A stretch of 64,000 nucleotides of DNA from positions 49,538,001 to 49,602,000 of the forward strand of contig OZ231126.1 in assembly GCA_965153355.1 (NCBI GenBank), given 5' to 3'. Positions 37,898-52,148 of this stretch are shown here, in pieces. A model generated the notes under the pieces. The model was not told where the DNA came from and did not search any database. It saw nothing but the letters and a program-made list of their open reading frames with translations. Source of the DNA: Flaccisagitta enflata. Lineage: Eukaryota. The position numbers and the translations under genes are program-made. Numbering within the stretch: position 1 is the first letter of the stretch; each line of letters opens with the position of its first letter.

Positions 37898-40115
37898 TTT
37901 TTGGGCAGCGGCCCCGAAGGAGACGAAGTCCTGTAGAACACAGGGGACTTTTGTTCGTTCGTTCGTTTGTCCGTTTTTCCGTTCATCCCCCCTAGGCTCT
38001 CTCAGGCCTGAAATCTGCCCTCTTAGGCCTAAAATCTGCCTTCTCAGGCCTGAAATCTGCCCTCTCAGGCCTTGAATCTGCCTTCTCAGGCCTGAAATTT
38101 ATCCTTTCAGGCCTGAAACCTGTCCTCTCAGGCCTTGAATCTGCCTTCTCAGCCCTGAAATCTGCCCTTTCAGATTCAAGGCCTAATAGTCGCAAAAGCG
38201 TTAGATGGTCAGCGGTACCCGTGCCCTGCTTAAGTAGGTTGTGGTTGAAGTTGAGGGGGGAGCAGGGCAGCGGCCCCGAAGGGGTCGATGACCTATGCTT
38301 TCACACATATGGGGGATTTTCTCCTTCTTCTTCTCCTCCTCCTTCTCCTCCGCACCCCCCCCTCCCCTAGCCTCGAGGCCCATATCTCAGCCTCAAGGCC
38401 CATATCCCAGCCTCTAGGCCCAAATCCCAGTCTTGAGGCCCAAATCCCTTGAGGCTGGAATTTGGGCCTTGGGGTGGGGATTTAGGCCTGGAGGTTGGGA
38501 TTTGAGCCTCTAGACTAGGATTTGGGCCTCGATGCTGGGATATGGGCCTTGAGGCTGAGATATGGGCCACGTGGCTAGGGGGAGGGGGGGGTACGTAGAA
38601 GAAGGAGGAGGAGAAGAAGAAGGAGAAAATCGACCCCTTTGGGGCCGCTGCCCAAAAGGGCAGATTTCAGGCCTGAGAAGGCAGATTTTAGGCCAAAGAG
38701 GGCAGATTTCAGGCCTGAGAGGGTCGGGGGGGGGGGCAGACAGAGGGACGGACAAACAAACAAAAGTCCCCTTTGTTCTACAGGCAACAGGTATTGCTGA
38801 CCACGTATTGCCCTTGGGCGACCTGTTTTTTGGGCAGCGGCCCTGAAGGGGACGAAGTCCTGTAGAACACAGGGGGACTTTCGTTCGTCCGTTTGTCCGT
38901 TCGTTAGTCCCCCCCCTTCATCAGACCCCTTAGGCCTCAAATCTGGCCTCTCAGGCCTCAAATCCAGCCTCTCAGGTCTCAAATCCAGCCTCCCAGGCCT
39001 CAAATCTGGCCTCTCAGGCCTCAAATCTGGCCTCTCAGGCCTCAAATCCAAATTCTCAGGCCTCAAATCCAAATGCTCAGGCCTCAAACCTGGCCTCTCA
39101 TGCCTCACATTAGGCCCCTCAGGCCTCAAATCAGCCATCTAAACCTCAACTTATTGCTCCCAGGCTTCAAATCAGTCCTCTGGCCTTTCAAGCCTTAATC
39201 CAGCTCTCTCAAGCCTCAAATCAGCCCTCTCATGATTCCAATCGGCATTCTCAGGCCTTACATCAGCCTTCTTAGACCTCAGTTTAGGCTCTTGAATGCC
39301 TTCAGTCAGCCCTCTATAGCATCTCATCCACTTCTTCAGGTAGGACGAACAAAAGTCCCCCTGTGTTCTACAGGACTTTGTCCCCTTCGGGGCCGCTGCC
39401 CTGCTTCCCCTCACTCCAATTCACAATCACTCAAAGCAGGGCAACGGGCATCGCTGACCACATATTGCCCTTGGGCGACCTGTTGTTCATTTGTTTATTC
39501 GTTTGTTTGTTCTTTCATTCTTTCCTTATCCTTCCTTTATTTTCCGTCCTTTTATTGGGCAGCGGCCCCAAAGGGCCAATGTCCTGTAGGACACAGGGGT
39601 GCATTTCCAGACGTCCGTCTGTCTGTCTCCCCCCCCGGCCCCTCTCAGACCCCAAATCAGTCATCTCAGGCCCATCAGGTTCTAAATCAGGTTGTAAATT
39701 AGCTCTCTCAAGCCCAAAATCAGCCCACTAAGGCTCTTGATCAGCCTTGTCAGGCCCAAAATCAACCATTTCAGGCCTAAAATCAGTCCTCTCAAAACTA
39801 AAATCCGACCACTTGGGTCTCAATTCAGTCTTAAAAATAACCCTTTATATCTGCCCTCATTCCTTATCTCATTACTGTGCTCCAATCAATCAAATCAGTC
39901 CTTAAGACGGCAAATTTTTATTCGCGTGCTACCGCCACTTTTCGGTCGGTCCGTCGGGTCGGTCCGTCGGACGGTCCGTCTGTTACAAAGTCGTTTTTAA
40001 GGCTTTTTATTTCGTTTTTTGTGTCTCTGAATAGCAGAGAAGCCTTAAGCCTCAAATATGCCCTGTCAGGACGTATGAAAATTCACCCCTGTGTCCTACA
40101 GGACATTGGCCCTTT
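37898..40115. mobile_element. Cluster of nested family-D elements with 21-bp TCAGGCCTSAAATCTGCCCTC minisatellites
   Basis: TTTGGGCAGCGGCCCC head or its inverse occurs at ~37900, 38265, 38640, 38830, 39390 and 39556, each adjacent to 21-bp arrays. Confidence 0.7.
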
Positions 40116-41114
40116 TTCCTGTGACTTAGTTTATGTCGCTTCACATACATGTACTCAGATGATCTTCATTATCACATTCAATATGTAAAAAATTACGAAA
40201 AATACCTTTTTTTTCTGGAATAGACAAAATTTGCATATTTGAAAAAATGGTTCCAATGCTAATTCAATACAAACTTTAACCTCACCCTAATGGTGGTTCC
40301 TGATCAAATTGATAGTCGCGCAAGGGCTCGTTCAACGGAATTTCTGCTAGAGCCAATTTTGGCCCTTTTTGGTACTCTGCCACACATAATACGCACCGCT
40401 CCTAGTTTTCCATAAAACAGAATCTGAAAATTTTTCCCTTTCAATCTAACCCTAAAGCAAACTACTAACCACCCACAAGTAGTAAAGTACTGCTGAACAT
40501 GACTAATCAATGTTCATTCATGATCATAAAAGGTTTGTTCCCAATTGTGATTCAAATCCACTCAATGAACAAAACCGTTCATCAAAAGCTCAAATTTCAA
40601 ATTGTTCAAAAACAGCCAGGGCCAGATAAGCATTGTTTTGTTTAGGCGCGGACACACATCTCTGGAACATGGTGTGTCGGTCGGTCATGTCACATTTTTA
40701 GTTGGTCGGTCCATCTGTTGGTTGGTTGGTCGGTCTGTCATATTTTTGAATTCCGAGCGGTTTTTGCATTACTGCTCCAGCCCAACCATCCGCGATTTTA
40801 ATATCCTGTATCCAGCCTTGTTGAATTACAAACCCATTTGGCAATAATGCCCCCGCCCATTTGTCCAGGATAGAGGGGGAGTGTTAATGGCCTTGCTGAA
40901 TATGGTGCCTAGTCCACTGCATTTATAACAAATAAGCTCTTATCTCAACTGTTCATCTATGGAAAAATAGTTCAACTGTCGTTCAACTGTTATCTTTATC
41001 CACTCAACAAACGAAATCGTTCTTCAAATTGAAGGCCGTCCAAATGGGTCTCAGGGGTCTAAGTGCTGCTTTCTACGATGTGATCGCTTCTGAGCTTCTG
41101 ATCAAAAAATGCCC

Positions 41115-41202
<88 letters not shown>

Positions 41203-41244
41203 CCTATAATCTAATCCCTTGATCCTTATTCATATGTTGGGAAG

Positions 41245-41827
41245 CACAGTCACCCAGAGCTTGACGCCAGTTGACCTGAAATGATCGTCACCAACTTCAG
41301 TGGTTTCATGACCCTGATGGTGCATAGATTACATTTCTAGAAAAAATAAAATCTGTTTTGGGGCGCTTTTTCAGATATCTAAAAAGATAGTATTATTTTA
41401 CTATATTTTTTACATAACTCTTTGTGATTATTTATTTTGATAATTTCGACTGCAGATTTGATCTCAGATGAGAGATTCCGGATCGTTTGATAGGTCACAC
41501 TATATACTTTTGCAAAAGAAAAAAAAACTTATTTTTTGGTCATATTACTATATAAAACAATGTTAAATAGCAAAATTTAACTTTTTATTTCTTTTGCAAG
41601 AGTATATAGTGTGACATATCAAACGAACTAAAAATTATCATCTGAAATGAGATCTGCAGTCAGAATCATCAAAAAAATTCATCACAAAGAGTTATTGTAA
41701 AAAATAAAGTAAAATAGTATTATTTTTTTAGATATCTTAAAAAGCGCCCCAAAACAGATTTCATTTTTTCTAGAAATGTAACCTATGCACCATCAGGTCA
41801 ACTGGCGTTAAGCTCTTGGCGACTGTG
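41245..41827. mobile_element. Foldback MITE with CAC..GTG ends and 4-bp TSD (Chapaev/CMC-like)
   Basis: GAAG|CACAGTCACCCAGAGCTTGACGCCAGTTGACCTGA ... TCAGGTCAACTGGCGTTAAGCTCTTGGCGACTGTG|GAAG. The interior is almost wholly palindromic. Confidence 0.82.
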
Positions 41828-41865
41828 GAAGTATAGTGGCTGCTGGCCCATGATTTTTCAACCAT

Positions 41866-42042
41866 TTTTGGTCGCGGACATGCGACTCTACACCTTGCCG
41901 TGTCGGTCGGTAGGTCGGTCGGTAGGTCGGTCGGTAGGTCGGTATGTCGGTCCATCCATCACATTTTTGAATTCAGGGCAGTTTTTCAATACTGCTCCTG
42001 CCCAGCCATCCGCGACTGGATTGCCGTATATCCGGCCTTGTT
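41866..42042 (+). mobile_element. Short HINE-like element
   Basis: TTTTTGGTCGCGGACATGCGACT..(GTCG)n..CCGCGACT..GCCGTATATCCGGCCTTGTT. Confidence 0.7.
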
Positions 42043-42099
42043 AAATTTCCATTTCAATTTCCATCAGATTTGACAATGTTGACATTATCATCATTTTCT

Positions 42100-43350
42100 T
42101 TTTTTGTCTTCTTCTTCATCTTCTTCTTCTCCTTCGCCTTCTTCCTCTTCTTCTTCTCCTTCTTCTTCTTCTTCTTCTCCGTCTTCTTCTTCTTCTTCTT
42201 CTTCTTCTTCTTCTTCTTCTTCTTCTTCTTCTTCTTCTTCTTCTTTTTCATCTTCTTCTTCTTCTTCTTCTTCTTCTTCTTCTTCTTCTTCTTCTTCTTC
42301 TTCTTCTTCTTCTTCTTCTTCTTCTTCTTCTTCTTCTTCTTCTTCTTCTTCTTCTTCTTCATCTTCTTTTTCATCTTCTTCTTTTTGTTCTTCTTCTTTT
42401 TCTCCTTCTTTTTCTCCTTTCGCTTCTAGCTCAGTATCCATAAACACAGTGCAATCCCGAAATCAAACAATACCGAGCGCGCAAACTGAATAGAGGGGAA
42501 TTTCAATGGATCCATCTAGAAAAAAATGTAAACCTAATTTTAATATGGTTTTTTAAAGTTATTTGATGAAAAAGATTGTTAAAAAAAAGTTTGTTAATTT
42601 TTTTTTTTTGGTAATTAAGTGGATTGTTGTACTGTTTGTAAATGAATAAAATATCTTATTCAAAAATTCAAAGATGAAAAATGAAAAATGATTAGAATAA
42701 AGTAATGTGTGAAAACAAAGGAGATTAAAAAGAAGAAAAAAAAATGAAAATGAAAGAGAATGAAAAATGAAAGTAAATCATATAAAATGAAAAATGAAAA
42801 ATGAAAAAATGTAAAAAAGGAAAAATAAAAGATGAAAAATGAAAAAAGAAAAATAAAAAAATGAAAAATGAAAAATGAAAAATGAAAAATGAAAAATGAA
42901 AAATGAAAAATGAAAAATGAAAAATGAAAAATGAAAAGAAAATGAAAATACAAAATACAAAACAGTAAAAAATATAAAAAATATGAAAAGAAAATTTGAA
43001 AATGAAAAATAAAGGTAAAAGGTAAAAAGTGAAAAGCGAAAAATGAAAATAAAAAACTGAAATATAAAAGTGAAAATTAAAATGTGAAATGTGAAATTTG
43101 AAATTTGAAATTTGAAATTTGAAATTTGAAATTTGAAATTTGAAATTTGAAATTTGAAATTTGAAATTTGAAATTTGAAATTTGAAATTTGAAATTTGAA
43201 ATTTGAAATTTGAAATTTGAAATTTGAAATTTGAAATTTGAAATGTGAAATGTAAAAAGTGAAAAATGAAAAATGAAAAATAAAAAATCTTTAGAAATCT
43301 TAAAATTAAAAAGAAACTGTAAAAAGAAAAATGAAAAGTGGAAAAACAAA
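42100..43350. repeat. (TTC)n, (GAAAAAT)n and (AAATTTG)n simple repeats
   Basis: Direct reading. Confidence 0.95.
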
Positions 43351-44421
43351 AATGAAAAATATCATTATGGTGGTAACTTTTTTTTTCTTTTTTTTTTATG
43401 AAAAGAAACAACACAAACAGTCATCAAAACCTGGGGATACATTTTTTTCACGTCTAGTTGGGTTATCTGCTTAATTCCCCTCACTAAAAACACTGAACGA
43501 TATGCTTTTGAAAAATTCACTCAATTTTGCTTGCCATTCACTTTCCATTCATTGATTTAAGCGTCTATTAATTCATTCATTCATTCATTCTTTCATTCAT
43601 TCATTCATTTATTCATTCACTCATTCAATCATTCATTCATTCATTTGTTTATTCATACATTCATTCATACATTCATTCAAAACTCACAAGTTCTTGATTA
43701 TGAATTGGCTGTAATTTGGCCTTGTTAATCTTAAGAAACTATTTTTTCTTTTTTCCCTCTTATACATTTCAATGATCATTTTTGAGCGACTTTTTTCTAA
43801 GTTATTGAATGTACACTATTGGGTCATTATTGAAAAGCTAAAAAATTCAATACACATCGTTGGTGGAGTGGATTTTTTTGGCCAGTCATGAACGTGATTT
43901 GTATGGTCCTCTATGAGCCCTTTAAAAATGTGTTCTATTAGCTCAAGCGTTCATGCCTAGACTTTTTTTTGCTGTTCATGAACAGCAACATAGCTTCGTT
44001 CATCAACAGCAACATAGCATCGTTCAGCAACAGGTAAAAAAACCCACTCCCCCAACGAAATTGTTTGAAAACATGTTCTTTTAGCTCAACCGTTCATGCC
44101 TAGACTTTTTTTTGCTGTTCATGAACAGTAACATAGCATCGTTCAGCAACAGCAACATAGCATCGTTCAGCAACAGGTGAAAAAACCCACTCCACCAACG
44201 AAATTGTTGGTGGAGTGGGTTTTTTTAGCTGTTCAGCAACGACTTTTTTCACCCTTCAATGAACGGTCGTTCATGAACGTGTTTTTTTGGGCCCTCCATG
44301 AACAAAATCGTTTGCCAAGAGCCTCTTTTTACTCGTTCATGAACAGCTGTATGGCATTGTTCGTCAACGTGCGTTCATTCCCCGTTGATGAACACCCCCA
44401 AATTCGCTGGCGGACTATCTC

Positions 44422-44980
44422 GCTGTCACACCTTTCCTGAGGAAAAATCAGTGATCATAACCAATGGTATTGAAATCCGATCTAATCAGGATGTCTCCAT
44501 GCCACAATGCTACCATGAAGAAGCTGATACAAGAATAATGTTCCACCTCAGGCACATGATTGAAAATAACATGCAAAAATTTGCATAAAACAGTTGACTC
44601 AGACGTCATTGTCATTCTTGTTGGACTTTTCTTTAAAATAGCAGCTCAAGTTGATGATGTGTGGGTTGAATATGGAGCAGGAAAATACATGCAGTACATT
44701 AGTATCAGAACTATGTATAACCAGCTAGGTGAGTCTAGAGCTAAAGCTTTTCTTTTTTTTCACGCATTCACTGGTTCAGATACCACATCTGCATTCAGCA
44801 ACAAGGGCAAAAAAAAAGCAGCCTGGAATACTTGGAAGGCATTTGATGAAGCAACAGAAACATTTGCGAATCTGGCAGTTGAACCATTTCTGTCTATTGA
44901 GGATGATTCAAAAGAGGTAGAATCACTTGAAAGGTTTGTTATATATATGTACACAAAGTCATCACCTTTGCTTAAAGTTT
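44422..44980 (+). pseudogene. AcademX XPG/PIN-like nuclease region, 3' part
   Basis: HEEADTRIMFH, TVDSDVIVIL and the H3TH-like FHAFTGSDTTSAFSNKGKK(K)AAW motifs, then LERFVIYMY. One frameshift/stop near 44586. Confidence 0.85.
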
Positions 44981-45933
44981 GCTTAGTCTACTTAGGGCTA
45001 ATTGCCCAATCCCCCCCCCCCCCCCGCTTTTCTAGTGAATGAGGTATTGCTACCTGGAGAAACTTTGTTTGACAACATTCATTGAAGGGTTTGCTGTGTT
45101 TGCTGTGGATTTTCTGTACACTGTGTCTTTATTTTGACCATTTTATTACAGATATGATTCACTTAAGTCTCAATAAAAACCTGATTATAATGTGTGGAGT
45201 CACGTGCAAGCGACTCTACAACCCGTTTTGTCAGTCTGTTGGCCTGTCCGTCGGTCCGTCCATTGGTCCATCCATCCGGCACAAAAAAAAAACAGCCAAG
45301 TTTAAAAAAAAAAAAGTTGTTTCCAGGGCTTTGGATCAAGGCAAATTAGATCATTTCCAGTTGATTTGACCCCCCTTTCAGAGAACTTTTTTTTCGAAAT
45401 AATTTTTGGATAAATTTGGGGGAACCCGACCCAAAAATTGTCAAGTTTTTGAAAAAAAAATTTTGTCTACAGGACCTTGGATCTAGGCAAACTAGGTAAT
45501 TTCCTATTGTTTTGACCCCCCTTTTGAAGATACTTTTTTGAAAAATTTTTCTCAACGGGCTTTTTTGGGGGCCCCTAGGGACCCCCGAATGGCCCGTATA
45601 TAAGGGCACCCCTTCTGAATCTTTCTTATACATCATGAGGATTATGTAAAAAAAAATTCACGCTTTGGTCCGGATTTGCAGTGACCATCTGCTGTCCTAC
45701 TCCACTACTTGTCTATTTAAACGTCGTGTAGCGGAAAATCCGGGACATATCTCGACGATGTTGTACAAACAGAAACATATATACTTTAAGAAGCATGGTG
45801 GTTTTCTGATGTAAAGACAGAAATTGAAACTAGTGAGATTTGTATTCTCGGTGCCTACCTTTTGTCCTTCAACCATCATCTAAACCGAGATTGGTATGAG
45901 AAGAAGGGTTGTTAAGAGCGCACGCGCGCGCGC

Positions 45934-46244
<311 letters not shown>

Positions 46245-46609
46245 TTTGTTGTTTGTTGCATATCTATCCTGGATGCACTAACAGGAAGAGGCGCGGCCGG
46301 AACAACAAGGACGACCTCTTGCAGCGCGTCTGAAAAACTGATAACAAAAGATGAAATAAAATGAAATTGAAATTTACTGACCATGCGACATGATAATGGG
46401 ACTTTTTCTTTATTAAAGAGAGACTTCTCGACAAAGGCAAAAAAATGAAACTGGGTAAAAAAACGCGCATGAATATTAAAATGGGGATACACCCTTAAAT
46501 TTTCTAAAAAGCTGTCCCATCATTCGTTCTCTGTCTCCCTCTCTGTGTCTCTATGTCTCTGTGTCTCTTTGTCTCTGTGTCTGTCTATGTGTTTCTGTCT
46601 GTCTGTCTG

Positions 46610-46650
<41 letters not shown>

Positions 46651-48328
46651 CATTATCACATTACCTCTCTATCCAATACAATTCTCATTAGATCCTGCGG
46701 CTGCAATATAGGCAAGAAACGAAGAGATACAAAGATACAAAGATACAAAGAAGAATGACTTAGCCTTAATAAAACTGGCAGAAGAGGTTGCACTTGCTTC
46801 TCGTCATCTTTATTGCTCATTTTTTTTCTCACCTTCGTTATCTCTAATCTCATTTCGTTGTTTGTGTGCCGGCGTCGAAAGATAGCGCGTCTCTTCGTCC
46901 TCGTCATCGTTTCTTCGTCTTCATCATCGTCACTTTTTCATCGTCTCTGCCGCGACTTTTATAACGGCTCATTGTCCTCCAGGTGAAAGAGAGAGAAAAA
47001 GAACAGAGAAACGTGATGACCGGGCGACAGATTGTCAACGTTCTGCGCCGCCGTCGTCGTCATTGTCGCCGCTCTCGTCGGCGCCGTCGTCGTTGCGTCG
47101 TCGTCGTCGTCGTTGCGTCGTCGTTGTCGTCGTCGTGGATGTTGTTGGCTTTGTCATTATAGAACGCCATCAGTAGGTGAGAACAATATGACTGAACATA
47201 CCGTATTTTATGGTCTAGTTTTTATTTCATCATTTTTTTTTTAGCATAATTCAATAATTGTTGATCATATCAATCGTGAAATGTAAGATTTGAAGATATA
47301 ATAAATCACTTAGTATGAAAAGTGGAACAATATCCATCACTAAACCCAACTGAAACAAATGGAAGAGGGCCTTGTGAACCCTCACTGACTAGTTAATACG
47401 CGCACCACTCCTAGTTTTCCATAAAACAGAATCTGAAAAATATTCCTTCTCAATCTAACCCATTAGTCAACAAATATGTATCAAAGTATTAAAAGATATT
47501 TGAGGTTTGAGATTTTTAGATATTTGTTAAGTCATGAGCCTAGCAATTTACTTTAAATTTCAAGTCAAATTTTATGATTAGAAGCTAGAGCTAGAAATTA
47601 TCTTTGATTGTTTTTTTGTGCGCAAGTTAATGCGGTTTGTTTCACAAAATACTAAATTATCTAATCTTCTCCAAGAGTTTTGAACAGAAAACCTTTTCAG
47701 TAGTGCTGGCTAGAAAATGGCCAATTGACCGCCATTATTAGAACAACGATGTCATCTATTTATCGAGCACAACAATATCTTTCCATAAACATGACTAAAT
47801 GTGCTCTGCTATCGGTCGGTCTGTCTTTGCCGCTTGACAATACTATTGTCAATAGTCGTTAGTGTGTCGCATGGTTGAGTATTTGTGTGTTTCGGGTCAT
47901 CGAATGAAAAGTGTTGCGCATATTGGTTCGATACTTCGGGTATAGAGCACAAAAAGATAAACCGAGCGCCCTGAGATAGAGCTTGATATGCCCCATGTGC
48001 TTGATGTGCCTGAATTGAACAAATTACGTGACCGATTACCACCATAAGATTAGAATTGGGGTTTTGAAATAGGGATTTATATTTAAAGTCCATGACTGGG
48101 GCCTTGAGAATTGTGAACGCGGGCCTCAAAGGAGAAGCAGGAATTCTCCCATATGAAATAGTATGGGTCATCGGCCCCTTTCCAAAAGTCAGAGTTAGCT
48201 TCGACCAAATGAATCTGACGATCAAAATCCTTAAAAAAGGTGTTTCACATTTTTTGTTTTTTTGTTTGCGGTCTGAGCTGCATAATAACTGAATTCATTT
48301 GACAGGGAATGCGACGGCTTTTTAATTA

Positions 48329-50347
48329 CCGTATTTCCTCTAATTAGCGCTCCCCCTCTAATTAGCGCCCCTCCCTTTTTTTGAGAAAAAAATCTTATTT
48401 CTGCATAAATTTTTTTAGCATTGTATAGGTTGAAAATACAATTTTTGTTCTATTTCTATGTCTCTTGGCCTGTTTTTCCAACTGCATATATGAATTTCAG
48501 TAGCATTCTGTGTTATTATCATCTAATATTTTTGTTTTACTTTGTTTTTCAGTATTTCATTTTTTCTTTAACATGTCAGAATAGGCGCTAATTAGGGGGT
48601 AAAACTGGCAATATGATTTTCTAATTTTGTAAGCGCCCCCACAGAGAGCCGTGATGGGAAATAAGTAATGGACACGACTATTTGAAACCTACTACAATAG
48701 TGCTGTTTTCCACATCTACTAACCCTGTTTGGTTCATATCTGCAAAAAAAATCATTTCGAAATTGTGTTTAGTATATAAATAATGATAAAAACATTATGT
48801 AAAATACATAGAAAATATAGAGATTCACAAAAGTTCACCGGTTTTCTAGAGTTGCACGTTTTGCGCATTGACGGTAGCACCTAATCCTCCATAGTCGGAA
48901 TGCGGAGCTAGATCTAATGCGCGCAATTGCGCTTTTGAGTTTAAGCTGAGAACGAGCTTGATTTCTTTTCACCCAATCATACAAATTAGCCTAAGAGATA
49001 TTTGTTATTTCCTCTCTTTTATCAAGCATTTTTTTGCCAAGCATAAACTGATGTCATTGGGTGAGCATAAATGCAATTAGAGCGCGCTTTTTCAAAACTA
49101 ATAGTGATTAGGGAGAAATTTCGCATCCTTTTCAGCCTTAAATATGGAAGGATCACTCATATGGAAATTAGCTTTGGGTTTTCATGGAATTTCCTTGGGT
49201 CAATCGAGTTATCCTACAGTACTTGTTTTAGACTTGTCTTAAAGTTGCCAATGAGGAGTCCTTATATTGTCCTTGTGATGTCCTTGTGATGTCCTTGTGA
49301 TGTCCTTGAAATGTCCGAGAAATGTCCTAGAGTTGTCCTCAAGTTGTCTTAAAAGTGTCCTAAAGTTGTCCAAAAGTTGTCCAAAAGTTGTTCTAGAGTT
49401 GTTTTTGTTATCCTAGAGTTGTCCTAGTTGTCTTAGGAATGTCCAAGGAGTTGTCCTAAAGTTGTCAGAATTGTCCTTAAGTTTTTTTTAGTTGTCCTAG
49501 AGGTAGCCTTATTTGTTCTGGGGTTGTCCTAGATTTGTCCAAGAATTGTCTTAAAGTTATCCTCAAGTTGTTTAAGAGTTGTTCTGCTGCCGTGCAACTT
49601 GCCCTATAGTATTCCTATAGTTTTTTCTAAAAGTGTTCCAATGGTTTTTACATTGGCTGAGTTGTCCTGAAGTAGGTAGGTACTAAGGTAGTTTTAATGT
49701 TTTGCTTAGGTTATCAAGCATTTCTAAGGTTGTCCTTGAGTTTGGATGGTGGCTGGCTGCCCCTACCCACCTATCCCCCACAATATAGTGGCCCCGCATC
49801 ACTTGTTTAGTGTTTCTAGTCCTATGCAAAGAAATTTGCATAAGGGGTAACTGTTTTCGTGAAAAAGGGTACCAGATCTGCCTGCATTACTAGGGAAAAC
49901 GAAAGTAAGCAATTCCACTATTGTAACTTAAGCAAATATTTTTTTTGACAACCCATGTAATTCATTTGATTATGATTTTGTCATTCTTTTAGCCATGAAG
50001 AGAGGAAATAGAATTCTTTTATGGAAATGAAAAAAAAAAAACATGAAATTGGAGGTGGGAGGGGTAGGAGGCACATAAACACTTAGGAGGATTTGGTGGT
50101 CTGTGTAGGTGGCTTGAGCGGGATAAAGTGTCGTTAGGGGCTTATTTCCCATCAGGGTGGGATTTGGTGGTCTGTGTAGGTGGCTTGAGCGGGATAAAGT
50201 GTCGTTAGGGGCTTATTTCCCATCAGGGTGGGATTTGGTGGTCTGTGTAGGTGGCTTGAGCGGGATAAAGTGTCGTTAGGGGCTTATTTCCCATCAGGGT
50301 GGGATTTGGTGGTCTGTGGCCCCGGGCGCTAATTAGAGGAAATACGG
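48329..50347. mobile_element. Non-autonomous pogo/Tigger-like element, TA TSD
   Basis: TA|CCGTATTTCCTCTAATTAGCGC ... GCGCTAATTAGAGGAAATACGG|TA. Contains a GTTGTCCTAR minisatellite and a 71-bp tandem repeat (50089-50318). Confidence 0.88.
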
Positions 50348-50611
50348 TAGGCCGAGAAAAAAAACCGACAGAAGGCCGAGTTTTTCTATCACCAATCTAA
50401 TTTAGCGTAACAAATTAACTTTCCCAGTTGATTGCCTCCAAATGACCGAGCGCAGGCGTCACTTGTCTGACAAATCATCGGCACTAACTTTTGTCTGTAC
50501 AGCATTTGCTTCCACTCATGTAATCGCCTGATACTCACCTGATACTGGTACCTGATACTCGATATTGAAAGTCATTTTTGTCTTGTTGCTGATTAAATTT
50601 AATTACAGTAG

Positions 50612-51229
50612 ATCTCGTCTAACTATGGCAAAATAAAAAAGCGAACAACTTGTTTGGCAATGTTTCACATCCAAGCAATGAGAAAAACATAGCAAAATCC
50701 ATGACCATTTTGAAGATCTGCAAAAGATCTTTCAAGTGAGACCTTGCTGGATGTTCTTGCTCTATCCGTTTAGAAGTGGCATAAGAATGAAAACAGGTGG
50801 TCAAGAATTTGGAAATTCACTACACCATTTTCATGGGTTATTTTTATTCTAACATAAAAATTAAACTTATTGAGTTATTAATTCGTTCTTGGCGCCATTT
50901 TAAAGAAAATTTGAAGCTCTTTAATTTGCTCATGGATAACAAGTAGCTACAATAATCCTGAGCTGCGTTGTTGACAAAAACAGAAAGACTAAAATTCGTC
51001 ATTGAAAAAAAATTGAAATAAGCTCTTTTTTCAATCAGCGATTTTTTTCTTTAAACCATTGCCATTTCTAAACGAATAAAGCTACAATGACCAGCGACGT
51101 CGCATTTGGAAGACTTTTTGCAGAGCTTTAAAACGGTCATGGATTTTCTATGGTTCAGGCCCATAGTTAGGCAGAAACTAGCAAAACAAAGTGTTCGCTT
51201 TTTTTCTTTGCCATAGTTAGATTTGAGAT
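50612..51229. mobile_element. Probable MITE
   Basis: ATCTCGTCTAACTATGGCAAAATAAAAAAGCGAACA is inverted to TGTTCGCTTTTTTTCTTTGCCATAGTTAGATTTGAGAT. TSD not resolved. Confidence 0.55.
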
Positions 51230-51310
51230 AACGGGGTCAAGCATTGTAGAAAAACAATTTAAGCCAGGGGAGTGATATTTGAAACATAGAATAATAAAGA
51301 GATATTATTG

Positions 51311-51656
51311 CCCATGATAGCTGGTTGCCATGGAAACACATTTCTATGTATTTTCGCTAAAATATCAATATTTTATGAAATTTTTTGAGGGAACATTTTT
51401 TAGAATTAAATTTGCTACAACTTTCCCACAGTATGTTCTGTAAAAATGTCGCTCATTTAGTGGTTGCTAGTGGTTGTCACACATGGATACGCTCCCTAGC
51501 AATGGCCAAATGAGCAACATTCTTTCAGAACATACTGTGGGAAAGTTGTAGCAAATTTGATTTAAAGCAATATTCCCTAAGAAAATCTCTCAAAATATTG
51601 ATATTTTAGCGAGAATACATGGACATGTGCTTCTGTGGCAACCAGCTATCGTAGGG
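51311..51656. repeat. Long foldback palindrome (MITE-like)
   Basis: GATAGCTGGTTGCCA..AAATTTGCTACAACTTTCCCACAGTATGTTCTG mirrored by CAGAACATACTGTGGGAAAGTTGTAGCAAATTT..TGGCAACCAGCTATC. Confidence 0.85.
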
Positions 51657-52148
51657 AATTAAGTATCCTTTGATTAGTCTATGATCCAAAGCATTAGAGC
51701 AATCAGAAGCCACTCTTTCAGTGTTTACAATTCCCGCGATAATAGTCAGAAAATACACATCCAACCTGGATCAATGAAAAACCGCCAACCGTTCTAATCC
51801 TCCTCCATTATTATTTTGGCGGTCGATGTTTTTTTCAGCTCCGTTTCGAAAACAGAAATTAATTAACGATTTAATCTGTGAAGTTAAACCGCCTATGAGA
51901 GTAAAGTTGATAACTTGCTTATTTAGACCAACCTTTTTTAAAAGAGGCTTCTGATTTCTTTAATATATCGCTTCCCTGCCTTCATTCGTCTTTCAACAAT
52001 GCTTGCCCCCGTTCTCTCAAGTCTAGACGAGATCTACTGTACCATATGCGAGTCTATATGTCAATGTTTGCGTTATGATCTGAGCAAGTGGTTCTTTATT
52101 ATCGTGCTCCACTTGTTCTCATCACGTCCGCTAATATCTTTTTTCTTC

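Noticed and set aside
42091-42447. Acidic poly-Glu protein exon
   Set aside because: It is a (TTC)n microsatellite, with an in-frame stop just upstream and no usable splice context.
47014-47165. Protamine-like RRRRRHCRRSRRRRRRC or signal-peptide ORF
   Set aside because: It arises from a degenerate (GTC)n tract, with no supporting gene structure.
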